Shown here: one piece after another, positions 26,354-35,809 of the stretch
Numbering within the stretch: the stretch's first letter is position 1
How the letters are laid out: the number at the start of each line of letters is the position of its first letter
Source: an uncultured Verrucomicrobiota bacterium
GTDB lineage: Bacteria > Verrucomicrobiota > Verrucomicrobiia > Limisphaerales > UBA9464
Length of the DNA stretch: 64,000 nt
Direction: 5' to 3'
Assembly (NCBI GenBank): GCA_903916195.1
Contig: CAIWVP010000034.1
Location: forward strand, 3,575-67,574
Made by a program: the position numbers and the translations under genes
Notes under the pieces: generated by a model
The model's database searches: none
The model's input: the letters and a program-made list of their open reading frames with translations, nothing else
Told to the model about the DNA's origin: nothing

Positions 26354-29300
26354 ATGGAAGCTGCCCGGTATGCCCGCGATCTCGCCGGAGGTGTGGCGCT
26401 CGCCTTCGTCGTCTGCACCAGCGTCCCGGTCCTCGCGGCCCCGCCGCTCGTCTGGCAGACCGGCGAAGGGTTCCGCAGCGCCAAGGCCGAGGTCCCGGCG
26501 ACCGGGAAACCGGGCTTCACTTTGCTCCCACCGGCCGAAACCGGCATCCGCTTCACCAACCGTCTCACCGACGCGATGGTCGCCGCCAACCGCCTGCTCG
26601 AGAACGGTTCGGGCGTGGCCTTGGGCGATGTCGACGGCGACGGCTGGGTGGACATCTACTTCTGCCGGCTCGACGGCGGGAACGTCCTGTACCGGAACCT
26701 GGGAGGCTGGAAGTTCGAGGAGGTCACCGCCGCGTCCGGCGTCGCATGCCCGGGCCAGTTCTCGACCGGCTGCGCGTTGGCCGATATCGACGGGGACGGC
26801 GACCTCGACCTGCTGGTCAACAGCCTCGGCGGCGGCACCCGCGCCTTCCTCAACGACGGCCGCGGCCGTTTCACCGAGGTCGCCGATCCGAAGCTCGCCA
26901 AGAAGTCCGGCGCCACATCGATGGCCCTCGCCGATGTCGACGGCGATGGCGACCTCGACCTGTACGTCACGCATTACCGGACCGACACGGTGAACGACAA
27001 CCCTCCCGGCCTGCGGATGACCACGGGCCGCGCGCCCGACGGCTCGCCGGTCGTCGAACCGCGCGACCGTTTCCTGGCGCTACCGAACCCGGGCGGCGCG
27101 ACCGAGGTGCTCGAGAAGGGCGAGGGCGACCAGTTCTATGTGAACAAGGGCGGCGGCAATTTCATCCCCGCCCCGTGGCACGTCGGCGTGTTCCTCGACG
27201 AGGACGGCCAGGCACTGAAGGAAGCACCGCCGGATTGGGGGCTGGCCGCGATGTTCCGCGACCTGGACGGCGACGGCCTGCCGGATCTCTACGTCTGCAA
27301 CGACTTCGTCTATTGGCCGGACCGCATCTGGATGAACCAGGGCGGCAAACGCTTCAAGGCCGCTCCGCGGACCGCCTTCCGCCACTACAGCCTGTCGTCG
27401 ATGGCGGTCGACGCCGCGGACATCGACCGCGACGGCTTCGACGACCTCTTCGTCGCCGAGATGCTCAGCCCGCGCCGGCAGACGCGCGCATGGCAACGGC
27501 CGTTCACCTTGGACGGCATCCTGCCCTGGCCGGTCTCCGACCCGGATTTCCGCCCGGAGGTCCCGCGCAACACGCTGCACCTCGCGCGCGGCGACGGCAC
27601 CTACGCCGACATCGCGCCGCTCGCCGGTGTGGCGGCGACCGATTGGACGTGGAGCGCCGTCTTCCTCGACGTGGACCTGGACGGCTGGGAGGACCTGCTC
27701 ATCGCCAACGGCAGCAACCATGACGTCCAGGACGCGGACGTGATGGCCGAGGTCGGCCGCACCGGCGCGTGGCGGACGCCGGAGAAGCGCCTCCAGTTCC
27801 TCGGGCGCATGCCGCGACGCGAGGTGCCGAGCATGGCGTTCCGCAACCGCCGCGACCTGACCTTCGAGGACGCCGGCGCCGCGTGGGGGTTCGACACCAC
27901 GGGTGTGGCACAGGGCATGGCCCTGGCCGATCTCGACAACGACGGTGATCTCGATGTCGTCATCAACTGCCTCAACGGGCCGGCACGCGTCCTCCGCAAC
28001 GACTCGTCCGCGCCGCGCGTCGCGGTGCGCTTGAAAGGCGCCGGTGGCAACACACGCGGCATCGGCGCGAAGATCAAGGTCCTCGGCGGCCCGGTCACGC
28101 AGACGCAGCAGATGATGGCGGGCGGCCGCTACTGCTCGAGCGACGATCCGATGCGCGTCTTCGCCGCGGGCACGGCCAAGCGGCTCTCGATCGAGGTCGT
28201 CTGGCGCAGCGGCAAGAGGAGCGTCGTGGACGACGTGGTGCCGGACCGCATCTACGAGATCGACGAGGCCGCGGCGCGGCCCTCACCGCCCGCCGTCGCC
28301 GCACCGCCGGCGTTGTTCCGCGATGTGAGCGCGTCCGTCCGGCACGTCCATATCGACGAGCCCTACGACGACTTCGCGCGGCAACCGCTGCTTCCGCGCA
28401 AGCTCAGCACCCTCGGGCCCGGCGTCGCCTGGGCCGATGTCGACAGCGACGGCGCGGACGACCTCATCGTCTCCGGCGGCAAGACCGGACGCACCGTCGT
28501 CTTCCGCAACGACGGCCAGCGCGGTCTGATCGAATGGACCAACGCTCCGGTGCCGCCGTCCAATCCGCGCGACCAGACCGGTATCGCCGTGTGGCAGGTC
28601 GCGGACGGCACCGTCCGCATCGTCTCCGGCGCGTCGAACTGGGAGGACTCGGACGCGGATGCGGCGCCGTTCGTCATCGCGACCTTGAAGGGTGCCGCAC
28701 CACCCGTCGCCAAGCTCGCGGTCATCAACCATCTCAACTCCACCGGCCCGGTCGCGATGGCGGATGTCGACGGCGACGGCGACCTCGACCTCTTCATCGG
28801 TGGGCGCGCGGTCGCCGGTCGGTATCCGGAGCCGGCGACTTCGTTGCTCCTGCGGAACGACGGTGGGGTCTTCGTGGTCGCCCAGACCTTCGCCGACATC
28901 GGCCTCGTGAGCGGCGCGGTGTCCACCGACTTCGATGGCGACGGCGATGCCGACCTGGCGCTCGCCTGCGACTGGGGCCCGGTCCGACTGCTGCGGAACG
29001 ACGGCGGCAAGTTCACCGATGTGACCACATCGTACGGGATGAACGGTATCACCGGCTGCTGGAACGGCATCACCACGGCGGACCTCGACGGCGACGGCCG
29101 GATGGACCTGGTCGTCTCGAACTGGGGCCGCAACTGGCGCGTCGACCCACCTTCCGGCAGCGACCTGCCCGCGCGGCTCTTCTACGGCGACCTCGCGGAC
29201 AACGGCGGCGTGCAGACGTTGCTCGCATCGATGGATCCGCAGCTCTCGATGGTGACGCCGTGGCGGCAATGGAAGACGGTCGCGGCGCTGCTGCCGGCAG

Positions 29301-30052
29301 TGGCGGGGCGCGTGCCGGACCACCACTCCTACGGGCGCGCGAGCATCGCCACCGTGCTCGGCGACCACGCCGCCGCGGCCCGCGAGCTGGTCGCTTCGAC
29401 ATCCGACTCGATGGTCTTCCTGAACCGCGGCGACCGCTTCGAGGCGCGGGCGATGCCGTTGCAGGCGCAGTTCGCGCCGGCCTTCGGCGTGAGCGTCGCG
29501 GACTTCGACGGTGACGGGAACGAGGACGTGTTCCTGGCACAGAACTTCTCCGGCATGGATATCGAGACCGCGCGGCAAGACGCGGGAGCCGGCCTGGTGC
29601 TGCTCGGCGACGGTCGCGGCGGGTTCCGCGCGCTCGGGCCTCTGGCATCAGGCGTCTCCATCCACGGCGAGCAGCGCGGCAGCGCGGTGGGGGATCTCGA
29701 CGGCGACGGCCGTCCGGACCTGGCGGTGGGACAACAGAACGGTCCCGTGCGGCTCTTGCGGAACCAGACCGGACGCCCGGGCGTCCGCGTGGCCTTGCGC
29801 GGCCCGAAAGACAATCCCGACGCGGTCGGTGCGATCGTGCGGTTGCGGTCCGGCGACCGGCACGGTCCGGCCCGCGAGGTCCACGCGGGCCACGGATACT
29901 GGTCACAGGATTCGGCGACGGTGCTGCTGGCCGCGCCTTCGACCCCGACCGGGCTCCAGGTCCGCTGGCCGGGAGGCAAGTCGCAGGAGTTCGCCTGGCC
30001 GGCGGGCGCGCGATCCGTGGAGGTGTCGACCGAGGGCATCCGCGGACGTTGA
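26354..30052 (+). CDS. FG-GAP/VCBS-repeat, ASPIC/UnbV (CRTAC1-like) secreted protein, two tandem modules
   Basis: Many DxDGDGDxD Ca-binding repeats; N-x-x-G-I-G-A-K-I...W-R-S-G and DAVGAIV...VRWPGG ASPIC-like domains. Confidence 0.9.
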   Translation: MEAARYARDLAGGVALAFVVCTSVPVLAAPPLVWQTGEGFRSAKAEVPATGKPGFTLLPPAETGIRFTNRLTDAMVAANRLLENGSGVALGDVDGDGWVDIYFCRLDGGNVLYRNLGGWKFEEVTAASGVACPGQFSTGCALADIDGDGDLDLLVNSLGGGTRAFLNDGRGRFTEVADPKLAKKSGATSMALADVDGDGDLDLYVTHYRTDTVNDNPPGLRMTTGRAPDGSPVVEPRDRFLALPNPGGATEVLEKGEGDQFYVNKGGGNFIPAPWHVGVFLDEDGQALKEAPPDWGLAAMFRDLDGDGLPDLYVCNDFVYWPDRIWMNQGGKRFKAAPRTAFRHYSLSSMAVDAADIDRDGFDDLFVAEMLSPRRQTRAWQRPFTLDGILPWPVSDPDFRPEVPRNTLHLARGDGTYADIAPLAGVAATDWTWSAVFLDVDLDGWEDLLIANGSNHDVQDADVMAEVGRTGAWRTPEKRLQFLGRMPRREVPSMAFRNRRDLTFEDAGAAWGFDTTGVAQGMALADLDNDGDLDVVINCLNGPARVLRNDSSAPRVAVRLKGAGGNTRGIGAKIKVLGGPVTQTQQMMAGGRYCSSDDPMRVFAAGTAKRLSIEVVWRSGKRSVVDDVVPDRIYEIDEAAARPSPPAVAAPPALFRDVSASVRHVHIDEPYDDFARQPLLPRKLSTLGPGVAWADVDSDGADDLIVSGGKTGRTVVFRNDGQRGLIEWTNAPVPPSNPRDQTGIAVWQVADGTVRIVSGASNWEDSDADAAPFVIATLKGAAPPVAKLAVINHLNSTGPVAMADVDGDGDLDLFIGGRAVAGRYPEPATSLLLRNDGGVFVVAQTFADIGLVSGAVSTDFDGDGDADLALACDWGPVRLLRNDGGKFTDVTTSYGMNGITGCWNGITTADLDGDGRMDLVVSNWGRNWRVDPPSGSDLPARLFYGDLADNGGVQTLLASMDPQLSMVTPWRQWKTVAALLPAVAGRVPDHHSYGRASIATVLGDHAAAARELVASTSDSMVFLNRGDRFEARAMPLQAQFAPAFGVSVADFDGDGNEDVFLAQNFSGMDIETARQDAGAGLVLLGDGRGGFRALGPLASGVSIHGEQRGSAVGDLDGDGRPDLAVGQQNGPVRLLRNQTGRPGVRVALRGPKDNPDAVGAIVRLRSGDRHGPAREVHAGHGYWSQDSATVLLAAPSTPTGLQVRWPGGKSQEFAWPAGARSVEVSTEGIRGR

Positions 30053-30087
30053 CGTGCAACCGTCTTCGGCTAAGCCTCCGCGCTTCT

Positions 30088-30858
30088 ATGGGACTTCTCA
30101 CCGGAAAGCTCGGTATCGTCTTCGGCGTCGCCAACAAACGCTCCATCGCCTGGGCCATCGCGCAGGCGTGGGCCCGCGAAGGGGCAACCCTCGCGTTCAC
30201 CTACCAGGGCGAACGCCTGAAGGACAACGTCGAGGAACTCGCCGGGACGTTCGGCGCGGACACGATCATCCTTCCGTGCGACGTGACGCGCGACGAGGAC
30301 ATCGCGTCGGTGTTCGCGCAGGTCGGCGCCAAGTTCGGCCGGCTCGACCTGCTGTTGCACTCGGTGGCGTTCGCGCCGCGCGAGGCGTTGGAGGGCGATT
30401 TCTTGGACACGAGCCGCGACGCCTTCAAGGTCGCGCACGACGTCAGCGCCTATTCGCTGATCGCGCTGGCCCGCGGCGCCGCGCCGTTGATGACCGACGG
30501 CGGCAGCATCGTGGCGATGAGCTACTACGGCGCCGAGAAGGTGATCCCGCACTACAACGTCATGGGCGTGGCGAAGGCCGCGCTGGAGGCGAGCACGCGT
30601 TACCTGGCGTATTCGCTCGGGCCGAAGAAGGTCCGCGTGAACTGCATCAGCGCCGGCCCGATGAACACGCTCGCGGCGCGCGGCATCGCGGGTTTCGGCG
30701 ACATGCTCAAGCACTACGAGGCGCACTCGCCGCTCAAGCGCAACGTGCTGCCCGACGAGCTGGGCGCGACCGGCGTGTTCCTCGCCAGCAACGGCGCGGC
30801 GGCCATCACCGGCCAGGTGATCTACGTCGACGCCGGCTACCAGATCATGGGCATGTGA
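30088..30858 (+). CDS. fabI: Enoyl-ACP reductase
   Basis: GVANKRSIAWAIA, HSVAFAP, YNVMGVAKAALE, ISAGP, TLAARGI. Confidence 0.96.
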   Translation: MGLLTGKLGIVFGVANKRSIAWAIAQAWAREGATLAFTYQGERLKDNVEELAGTFGADTIILPCDVTRDEDIASVFAQVGAKFGRLDLLLHSVAFAPREALEGDFLDTSRDAFKVAHDVSAYSLIALARGAAPLMTDGGSIVAMSYYGAEKVIPHYNVMGVAKAALEASTRYLAYSLGPKKVRVNCISAGPMNTLAARGIAGFGDMLKHYEAHSPLKRNVLPDELGATGVFLASNGAAAITGQVIYVDAGYQIMGM

Positions 30859-30948
30859 GCCGGCGCGACGCGGGCTCTCCTGCGATCGGGCGCGCTGCGG
30901 GCCGTTTCCGGGGTTGAAGCCGGACGCGGGTTGTCGCGTCATGCGGCC

Positions 30949-33900
30949 GTGCACCCGTTGTTCCGCTCCCGTTGCCTGCTCGCCGGCCTTCTCGTGTTCT
31001 TCGCCGGTCCGCCGGCCGCCCGCGCGGTCGACGCCCTGTTCGCGCCGACCAACCTCGTCGCGTGGTGCATCGTGCCGTTCGACACGAAGAAGCGCGGACC
31101 CGAGGAGCGTGCCGAGATGCTGCAGCGGCTCGGCATCCGGCGGCTCGCCTACGACTGGCGGTCCGAGCACGTGCCGACCTTCGACGCCGAGGTGGCGGCC
31201 CTCGGGAAGCGCGGCATCGAGCTGACCGCCTGGTGGTTCCCGGCCTCGCTCGACGACGAGGCCAAGGCCGTGCTGGATTGCCTCGCACGTCACAAGCTCA
31301 GCCCGCAGCTCTGGGTCACGATGGGCACCGAACCAGAGCCGGATGCCGCGAAGGTCGCCGCCAAGCTGGACGGCGCGGTCGCGACCCTCGCGCCGATCTG
31401 CGACGCGGCGCAGAAGATCGGGTCGACGGTCGGCCTGTACAACCATCTCGGCTGGTTCGGGGAACCGACGAACCAGGTGGCCATCGTCCGGCGCCTGCGC
31501 GCCGCCGGCCATCCGAACGTCGGCATCGTCTACAACTTTCACCACGGCCACTCCCATATCGAGGATTTCGCCGCGGTGCTCCGTCTCGTGCAGCCCTTCC
31601 TGCTCGCGGTGAACCTCGACGGCATGGTCCGGGACGGCGACCGCACGGGGAAGAAGATCATCCCGCTCGGCACCGGCGACGAGGAGGTCGACATGGTCCG
31701 CACGCTGCGCGCGAGCGGATGGAGCGGCCCGGTCGGCATCCTCGGCCACACCGAGGAGGACGCCGAGGTGAAGCTGCGTAAGGAGCTCGACGGCCTCAAG
31801 GTCGTGCTCGCCCAGCTGGACGCGCCGCCGAAGCCCAAGGCTCCGCGTCCGTCGCGCGCCGCGGCGGGCCTCCTGCCTCCGGCCTCGACGGCGGTGCGGC
31901 CTGGGAAGTCCGGTCCGGCGCTCGACGCGCGGGTGACAGGCCTGGTGCTCGACGGGAAACCATGGTTCCGCCAGCCGCCGATCCGCGTCACCGCCAAGGT
32001 GCGCTTCGGCAGCAAGGCGCAGTTCAACATCATCGCCGCGAGCGAGGCCAAGTCCTCGCCTTCTCACTGGGAACTCTACACCTACACGGGCACCGGCGAA
32101 CTCAGCATGTACGTGCCCGGCGTGACGCCGTCCGAATTGCGCTCGGGCCGGGACGTCTGCGACGGCCAGTGGCACACGATCGTGATGCATTTCGCGCGCG
32201 AGGCGGTCCGGTTGTCGGTGGATGGCGCCGAGGTCGCACGGGCTTCCATCAAGCGGGATACCGAAGGCGACGGTACCGCGGCGCAGATCGCGGTCGGCCG
32301 GCTCGTCGAGGGCGGCCTCGGTTGCGATGGTTGGATCGAGGACCTGCAGGTGACGGAGCAGGGGACCGGCAAGGGCGAGACGGTGTCGCTGGCGGTCTGG
32401 CGCAAGAGCGACGGGTCGGAAGCGGATCTCACGGCCCTGCCACGGCCCACCGCTCCCGCGGTCGGCGGATCCAAGAGCGCGGCCAGACCGGTCGCGAAGG
32501 CCGGCGTGGGCGAGCCGGCCATCTCCGGTCGCGAGGCGTCGACGCAGGGCGAAGCCGATTGGAACGACAACCGCTGGCAACAGACCGACGTGGGGCCGTT
32601 TCTGGCGTCGACCTTGATGTTCCCCGAAGGCGCGGTGGCCAAAGGGCTCACCATCAAGGTCGGCGACCACGGCGAAGGCGCGGTCGCCTACGACATGGCC
32701 ACCGGCGCGTTGCGCGCGGCGTGGACCGGCGGGTTCCTCCAGTTCAGCCCGGTGCGGTTCGGGCTCATCCGCGCGCCGCAGCCGGCCGGCAAGCTGGCCT
32801 TCACCGCGGTCGATGGGACCGCATCCTCGACCGGGGCATCGTACCGCTATGTGGGACTCCATCGGGGCGACCGCCGCACCGTGCTCGAGCACGCGTTCGA
32901 CGGCGTCCGGGTGCTAGAGGTCCCGGGACTGGAAAACACTCCGGCCGGCCCGGTGTTCCGCCGGACCTTCTGGGTCGACCGCCACGCCCAGCCGCTCCGC
33001 ATGGTCGCAGCCGGGCATCTCCGCGGCACGACGAACGTCGTCAGCGCCTCCTCCGAGCACCGGAAGGTCGACGACACAGCCCGGACCGACGTCACCGTGC
33101 ATCGCCAGCTCGACCAGAACCAGGAAGGCGACACCATTTCGGCCGCGGTCGTGACCGGCGTCCACATCGCTTCTTCCGCGAACTACATCGCCGAAAGCGG
33201 CGGCTGGAAGGACATCGTGCTCCCGGCGAGCGACAAGCCCGTGGTGTTCTCGGTGCTGCTGTGGCGCGGGACGGAAGCGGCGTCCGGCGAGTTCAAGAAG
33301 TTCGCCGAGGCATCGGTGCCGACCGAGGACCCTAGCCGGCTGCTGCGGCCTTCGCCGTCGCGCTGGCCGGCGCGGACCACCCGCGGCCAACTTGGGGCGG
33401 ACACGGACATCCTCGCGGTCGACACGCTCACCCTGCCGTACGACAACCCGTGGAAGGCCCTGCTGTTCGCGTCCGGCGTGGACTTCGGACCCGACGGCGC
33501 GGCCTACGTCTGCACCCTCCACGGCGACGTGTGGCGCGTGACGGGCATCGACGACTCCTTGCGCGAGCTCACGTGGAAGCGCTACGCGACCGGGCTGTTC
33601 CAGCCGCTCGGCCTGCGGGTCCGCGACGGAAAGGTGCTCGTGCTCGGACGCGACCGGATCACCCGGCTCCACGACGAGGACGGCGATGGCGAAGCGGACT
33701 TCTACGAGAGCTTCACCGATTCCATCGCCACGTCGGCCGGCGGCCACGACTACGTCACCTGCCTCGAAGCCGACGCGGCGGGCAACCTCTACTACGTCGA
33801 CCCGAAAGGCATCCACCGGGTCTCGCCCGACGGTCGTACCAACATCACCTTGGCCACCGGTTGGCGGAACCCGAACGGCATGGGCGTCCGGCCCGACGGT

Positions 33901-34728
33901 CTCCTCACGGTCGCGCCGCAGCAGGGCGAGTGGACGCCATCGTCGCAGATCAGCGAGGTCCGGCCCGGAGGCTACTACGGCTACGGCGGCCCGAAGATCA
34001 CCGCCGAGCGGGCGCTCGGCTACGATGCGCCGTTGTGCTGGATCCCGCACGCGGTCGACAACTCCAGCGGATCGCAGGTCTGGTTGCCTCGCAGCGCGTG
34101 GGGGCCGCTCGGCGGGCAGATGCTCCATCTGCTCTGGGGCCGCTGCGGCATGATGTCCGTGCTGCGGGACACCGTGGGCGACGTTTCGCAAGGCGCGGTC
34201 GTGCCGTTGCCGGTGAAGCTCCTCAGCGGCCCGAACCGCGCGACCTTCAACGCCCGCGACGGCGCGCTCTACGTGGCGGGCAGCACCGGTTGGCAGACCA
34301 GCGCAGTGAAGGACGGCGCGCTCCAACGCGTCCGGTGGACCGGGCGTCCCGCCCATCTCCCCGTCAAATGGCACGCCCATGCCAACGGCATCACGGTCAC
34401 CTTCAGCGAACCGCTGAAGCGGGACACCGCGGAGGATGCCGGCAGCTACGCGGTGAAACGTTGGAACTACCGCTACGCCGCGCAGTACGGGTCGAAGGAC
34501 TGGTCGGTCGCGCAGCCCGGCAAGGAAGGCCGCGACGACGTCCCGATCAGATCCGCGAAGCTGCTCGCCGACGGCCGCACGGTGTTCCTTGACCTCGGCG
34601 ACCTCGCGCCGGTGATGCAGATGGAGCTGAAGTGGAACCTCGACGCCGTCGACGGCAAAACGACGCGCAGCCAGTTGTGGCTGACGTTGAACCAACTGGA
34701 CACGGCATTCGCCGGCGGCGCCCGTTGA
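30949..34728 (+). CDS. Large secreted multidomain protein: sugar isomerase-like TIM barrel + LamG-like + DUF6797-like/beta-propeller region
   Basis: LVAWCIVPFD, LYNH, YNFHHGH (TIM barrel); DGQWHTIV (LamG); GDVWRV, GLFQPLGL, TGWRNPNG, PLCWIP...DNSSG, WNYRY..YGS; GTG start inferred. Confidence 0.8.
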   Translation: MHPLFRSRCLLAGLLVFFAGPPAARAVDALFAPTNLVAWCIVPFDTKKRGPEERAEMLQRLGIRRLAYDWRSEHVPTFDAEVAALGKRGIELTAWWFPASLDDEAKAVLDCLARHKLSPQLWVTMGTEPEPDAAKVAAKLDGAVATLAPICDAAQKIGSTVGLYNHLGWFGEPTNQVAIVRRLRAAGHPNVGIVYNFHHGHSHIEDFAAVLRLVQPFLLAVNLDGMVRDGDRTGKKIIPLGTGDEEVDMVRTLRASGWSGPVGILGHTEEDAEVKLRKELDGLKVVLAQLDAPPKPKAPRPSRAAAGLLPPASTAVRPGKSGPALDARVTGLVLDGKPWFRQPPIRVTAKVRFGSKAQFNIIAASEAKSSPSHWELYTYTGTGELSMYVPGVTPSELRSGRDVCDGQWHTIVMHFAREAVRLSVDGAEVARASIKRDTEGDGTAAQIAVGRLVEGGLGCDGWIEDLQVTEQGTGKGETVSLAVWRKSDGSEADLTALPRPTAPAVGGSKSAARPVAKAGVGEPAISGREASTQGEADWNDNRWQQTDVGPFLASTLMFPEGAVAKGLTIKVGDHGEGAVAYDMATGALRAAWTGGFLQFSPVRFGLIRAPQPAGKLAFTAVDGTASSTGASYRYVGLHRGDRRTVLEHAFDGVRVLEVPGLENTPAGPVFRRTFWVDRHAQPLRMVAAGHLRGTTNVVSASSEHRKVDDTARTDVTVHRQLDQNQEGDTISAAVVTGVHIASSANYIAESGGWKDIVLPASDKPVVFSVLLWRGTEAASGEFKKFAEASVPTEDPSRLLRPSPSRWPARTTRGQLGADTDILAVDTLTLPYDNPWKALLFASGVDFGPDGAAYVCTLHGDVWRVTGIDDSLRELTWKRYATGLFQPLGLRVRDGKVLVLGRDRITRLHDEDGDGEADFYESFTDSIATSAGGHDYVTCLEADAAGNLYYVDPKGIHRVSPDGRTNITLATGWRNPNGMGVRPDGLLTVAPQQGEWTPSSQISEVRPGGYYGYGGPKITAERALGYDAPLCWIPHAVDNSSGSQVWLPRSAWGPLGGQMLHLLWGRCGMMSVLRDTVGDVSQGAVVPLPVKLLSGPNRATFNARDGALYVAGSTGWQTSAVKDGALQRVRWTGRPAHLPVKWHAHANGITVTFSEPLKRDTAEDAGSYAVKRWNYRYAAQYGSKDWSVAQPGKEGRDDVPIRSAKLLADGRTVFLDLGDLAPVMQMELKWNLDAVDGKTTRSQLWLTLNQLDTAFAGGAR

Positions 34729-34844
34729 AGGGCGGGGCGCCGGCGCGTCAGGGTGTTTTTTCTCGGCACGGCAACTTCCCCGGCCCTAAGATGCTTTATA
34801 GGACGATACAAGTTCCCTGGGCCACCACCAACGCGAGAACGGCT

Positions 34845-35681
34845 ATGAGGCTGAACCTGGCAGGGCGGAACGCAATCTTGACGGGCGCCAACGGCGGCCT
34901 CGGAGTCCATTTCACGGCGGCATTGTCAAAGGCGGGGATGAACCTGCTCCTCGTCGCCTATCCCGGCATCGGTCTCGAAGACGTGCAAGCGGCGGCGCGC
35001 AAGGATTCGGTCCAGGCCGAGATCCTGGTGGCGGACCTGAGGGTGCCCGAGGAGCGGACCCGCGTGGTCGAGACGGCGATGGCGCGATTCGGGTCGATCG
35101 ATCTGCTGGTGAACAACGCCGGGGTCGAGTTCTCGTCCACCTACCACGACCTCGATGTCGACCGGATCCGCGACGTCATCAACGTCAATCTGGAGGCGCC
35201 GATGATGCTCACCCGGTTGGCGTTGCCGCACATGCTCCGGCAAAGACGCGGCCACATCGTGAACATCTCGTCGCTCGCCGGGAAATCGGGGCCGGGTTAC
35301 CAGGAACCCTACGTCGCCACGAAAGCGGGCCTGAGCGCGTTCACGCTGTCCCTCCGCAACACATATCGCGGCACCGGTGTGAGCGCGTCGGTCATCACGC
35401 CGGGTTTCGTCGAGGCGGGGATCTATTCCCGGCTCAAGGTCCAGACCGGTCGGTCCGCGCCCATCTTCCTCGGGGCCTGTTCGCCCCAGAAGGTCTGCGC
35501 CGCCTTGTTGCGGGCCGTCCGCGACGACGTGCCGGAGGTCATCGTGAACCGGTATCCGATCCGTCCGGTGCTGGCGCTGACCACATTGTTCCCCGCGTTC
35601 GGTGAATGGATGACCGAATGGACCGGCACGAACGCGTTCTTCCGCCGTGCCCACGAGGCCTCCAAACACCCGGAAGCATGA
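34845..35681 (+). CDS. Short-chain dehydrogenase/reductase
   Basis: TGANGGLG, LVNNAG, NISSLAG, YVATK catalytic motif, PGFV; start at ATG 34845. Confidence 0.92.
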   Translation: MRLNLAGRNAILTGANGGLGVHFTAALSKAGMNLLLVAYPGIGLEDVQAAARKDSVQAEILVADLRVPEERTRVVETAMARFGSIDLLVNNAGVEFSSTYHDLDVDRIRDVINVNLEAPMMLTRLALPHMLRQRRGHIVNISSLAGKSGPGYQEPYVATKAGLSAFTLSLRNTYRGTGVSASVITPGFVEAGIYSRLKVQTGRSAPIFLGACSPQKVCAALLRAVRDDVPEVIVNRYPIRPVLALTTLFPAFGEWMTEWTGTNAFFRRAHEASKHPEA

Positions 35682-35772
35682 CGACCCACCCCGGATCCCG
35701 CCCACGGCTGCGGCCAAATGGGCCCCGAGCCTTCCCTGACGGACATCGCTTTACCATCCCTAGACTCAACGA

Positions 35773-35802
35773 TTGCCCAACATGATATCGAAGGGTTAAA
35801 AT
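35773..35802 (+). promoter_or_regulatory. Candidate sigma70 promoter giving a leaderless fadL transcript
   Basis: TTGCCC-18 bp-TAAAAT in an AT-rich patch; ATG lies 7 nt after the -10; no SD. Confidence 0.45.
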
Positions 35803-35809
35803 TATAGAC

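Noticed and set aside
26354-30052. Recurrent GACGGCGACGGCGACCTCGAC DNA repeats
   Set aside because: Explained by FG-GAP DxDGDGDLD protein repeats
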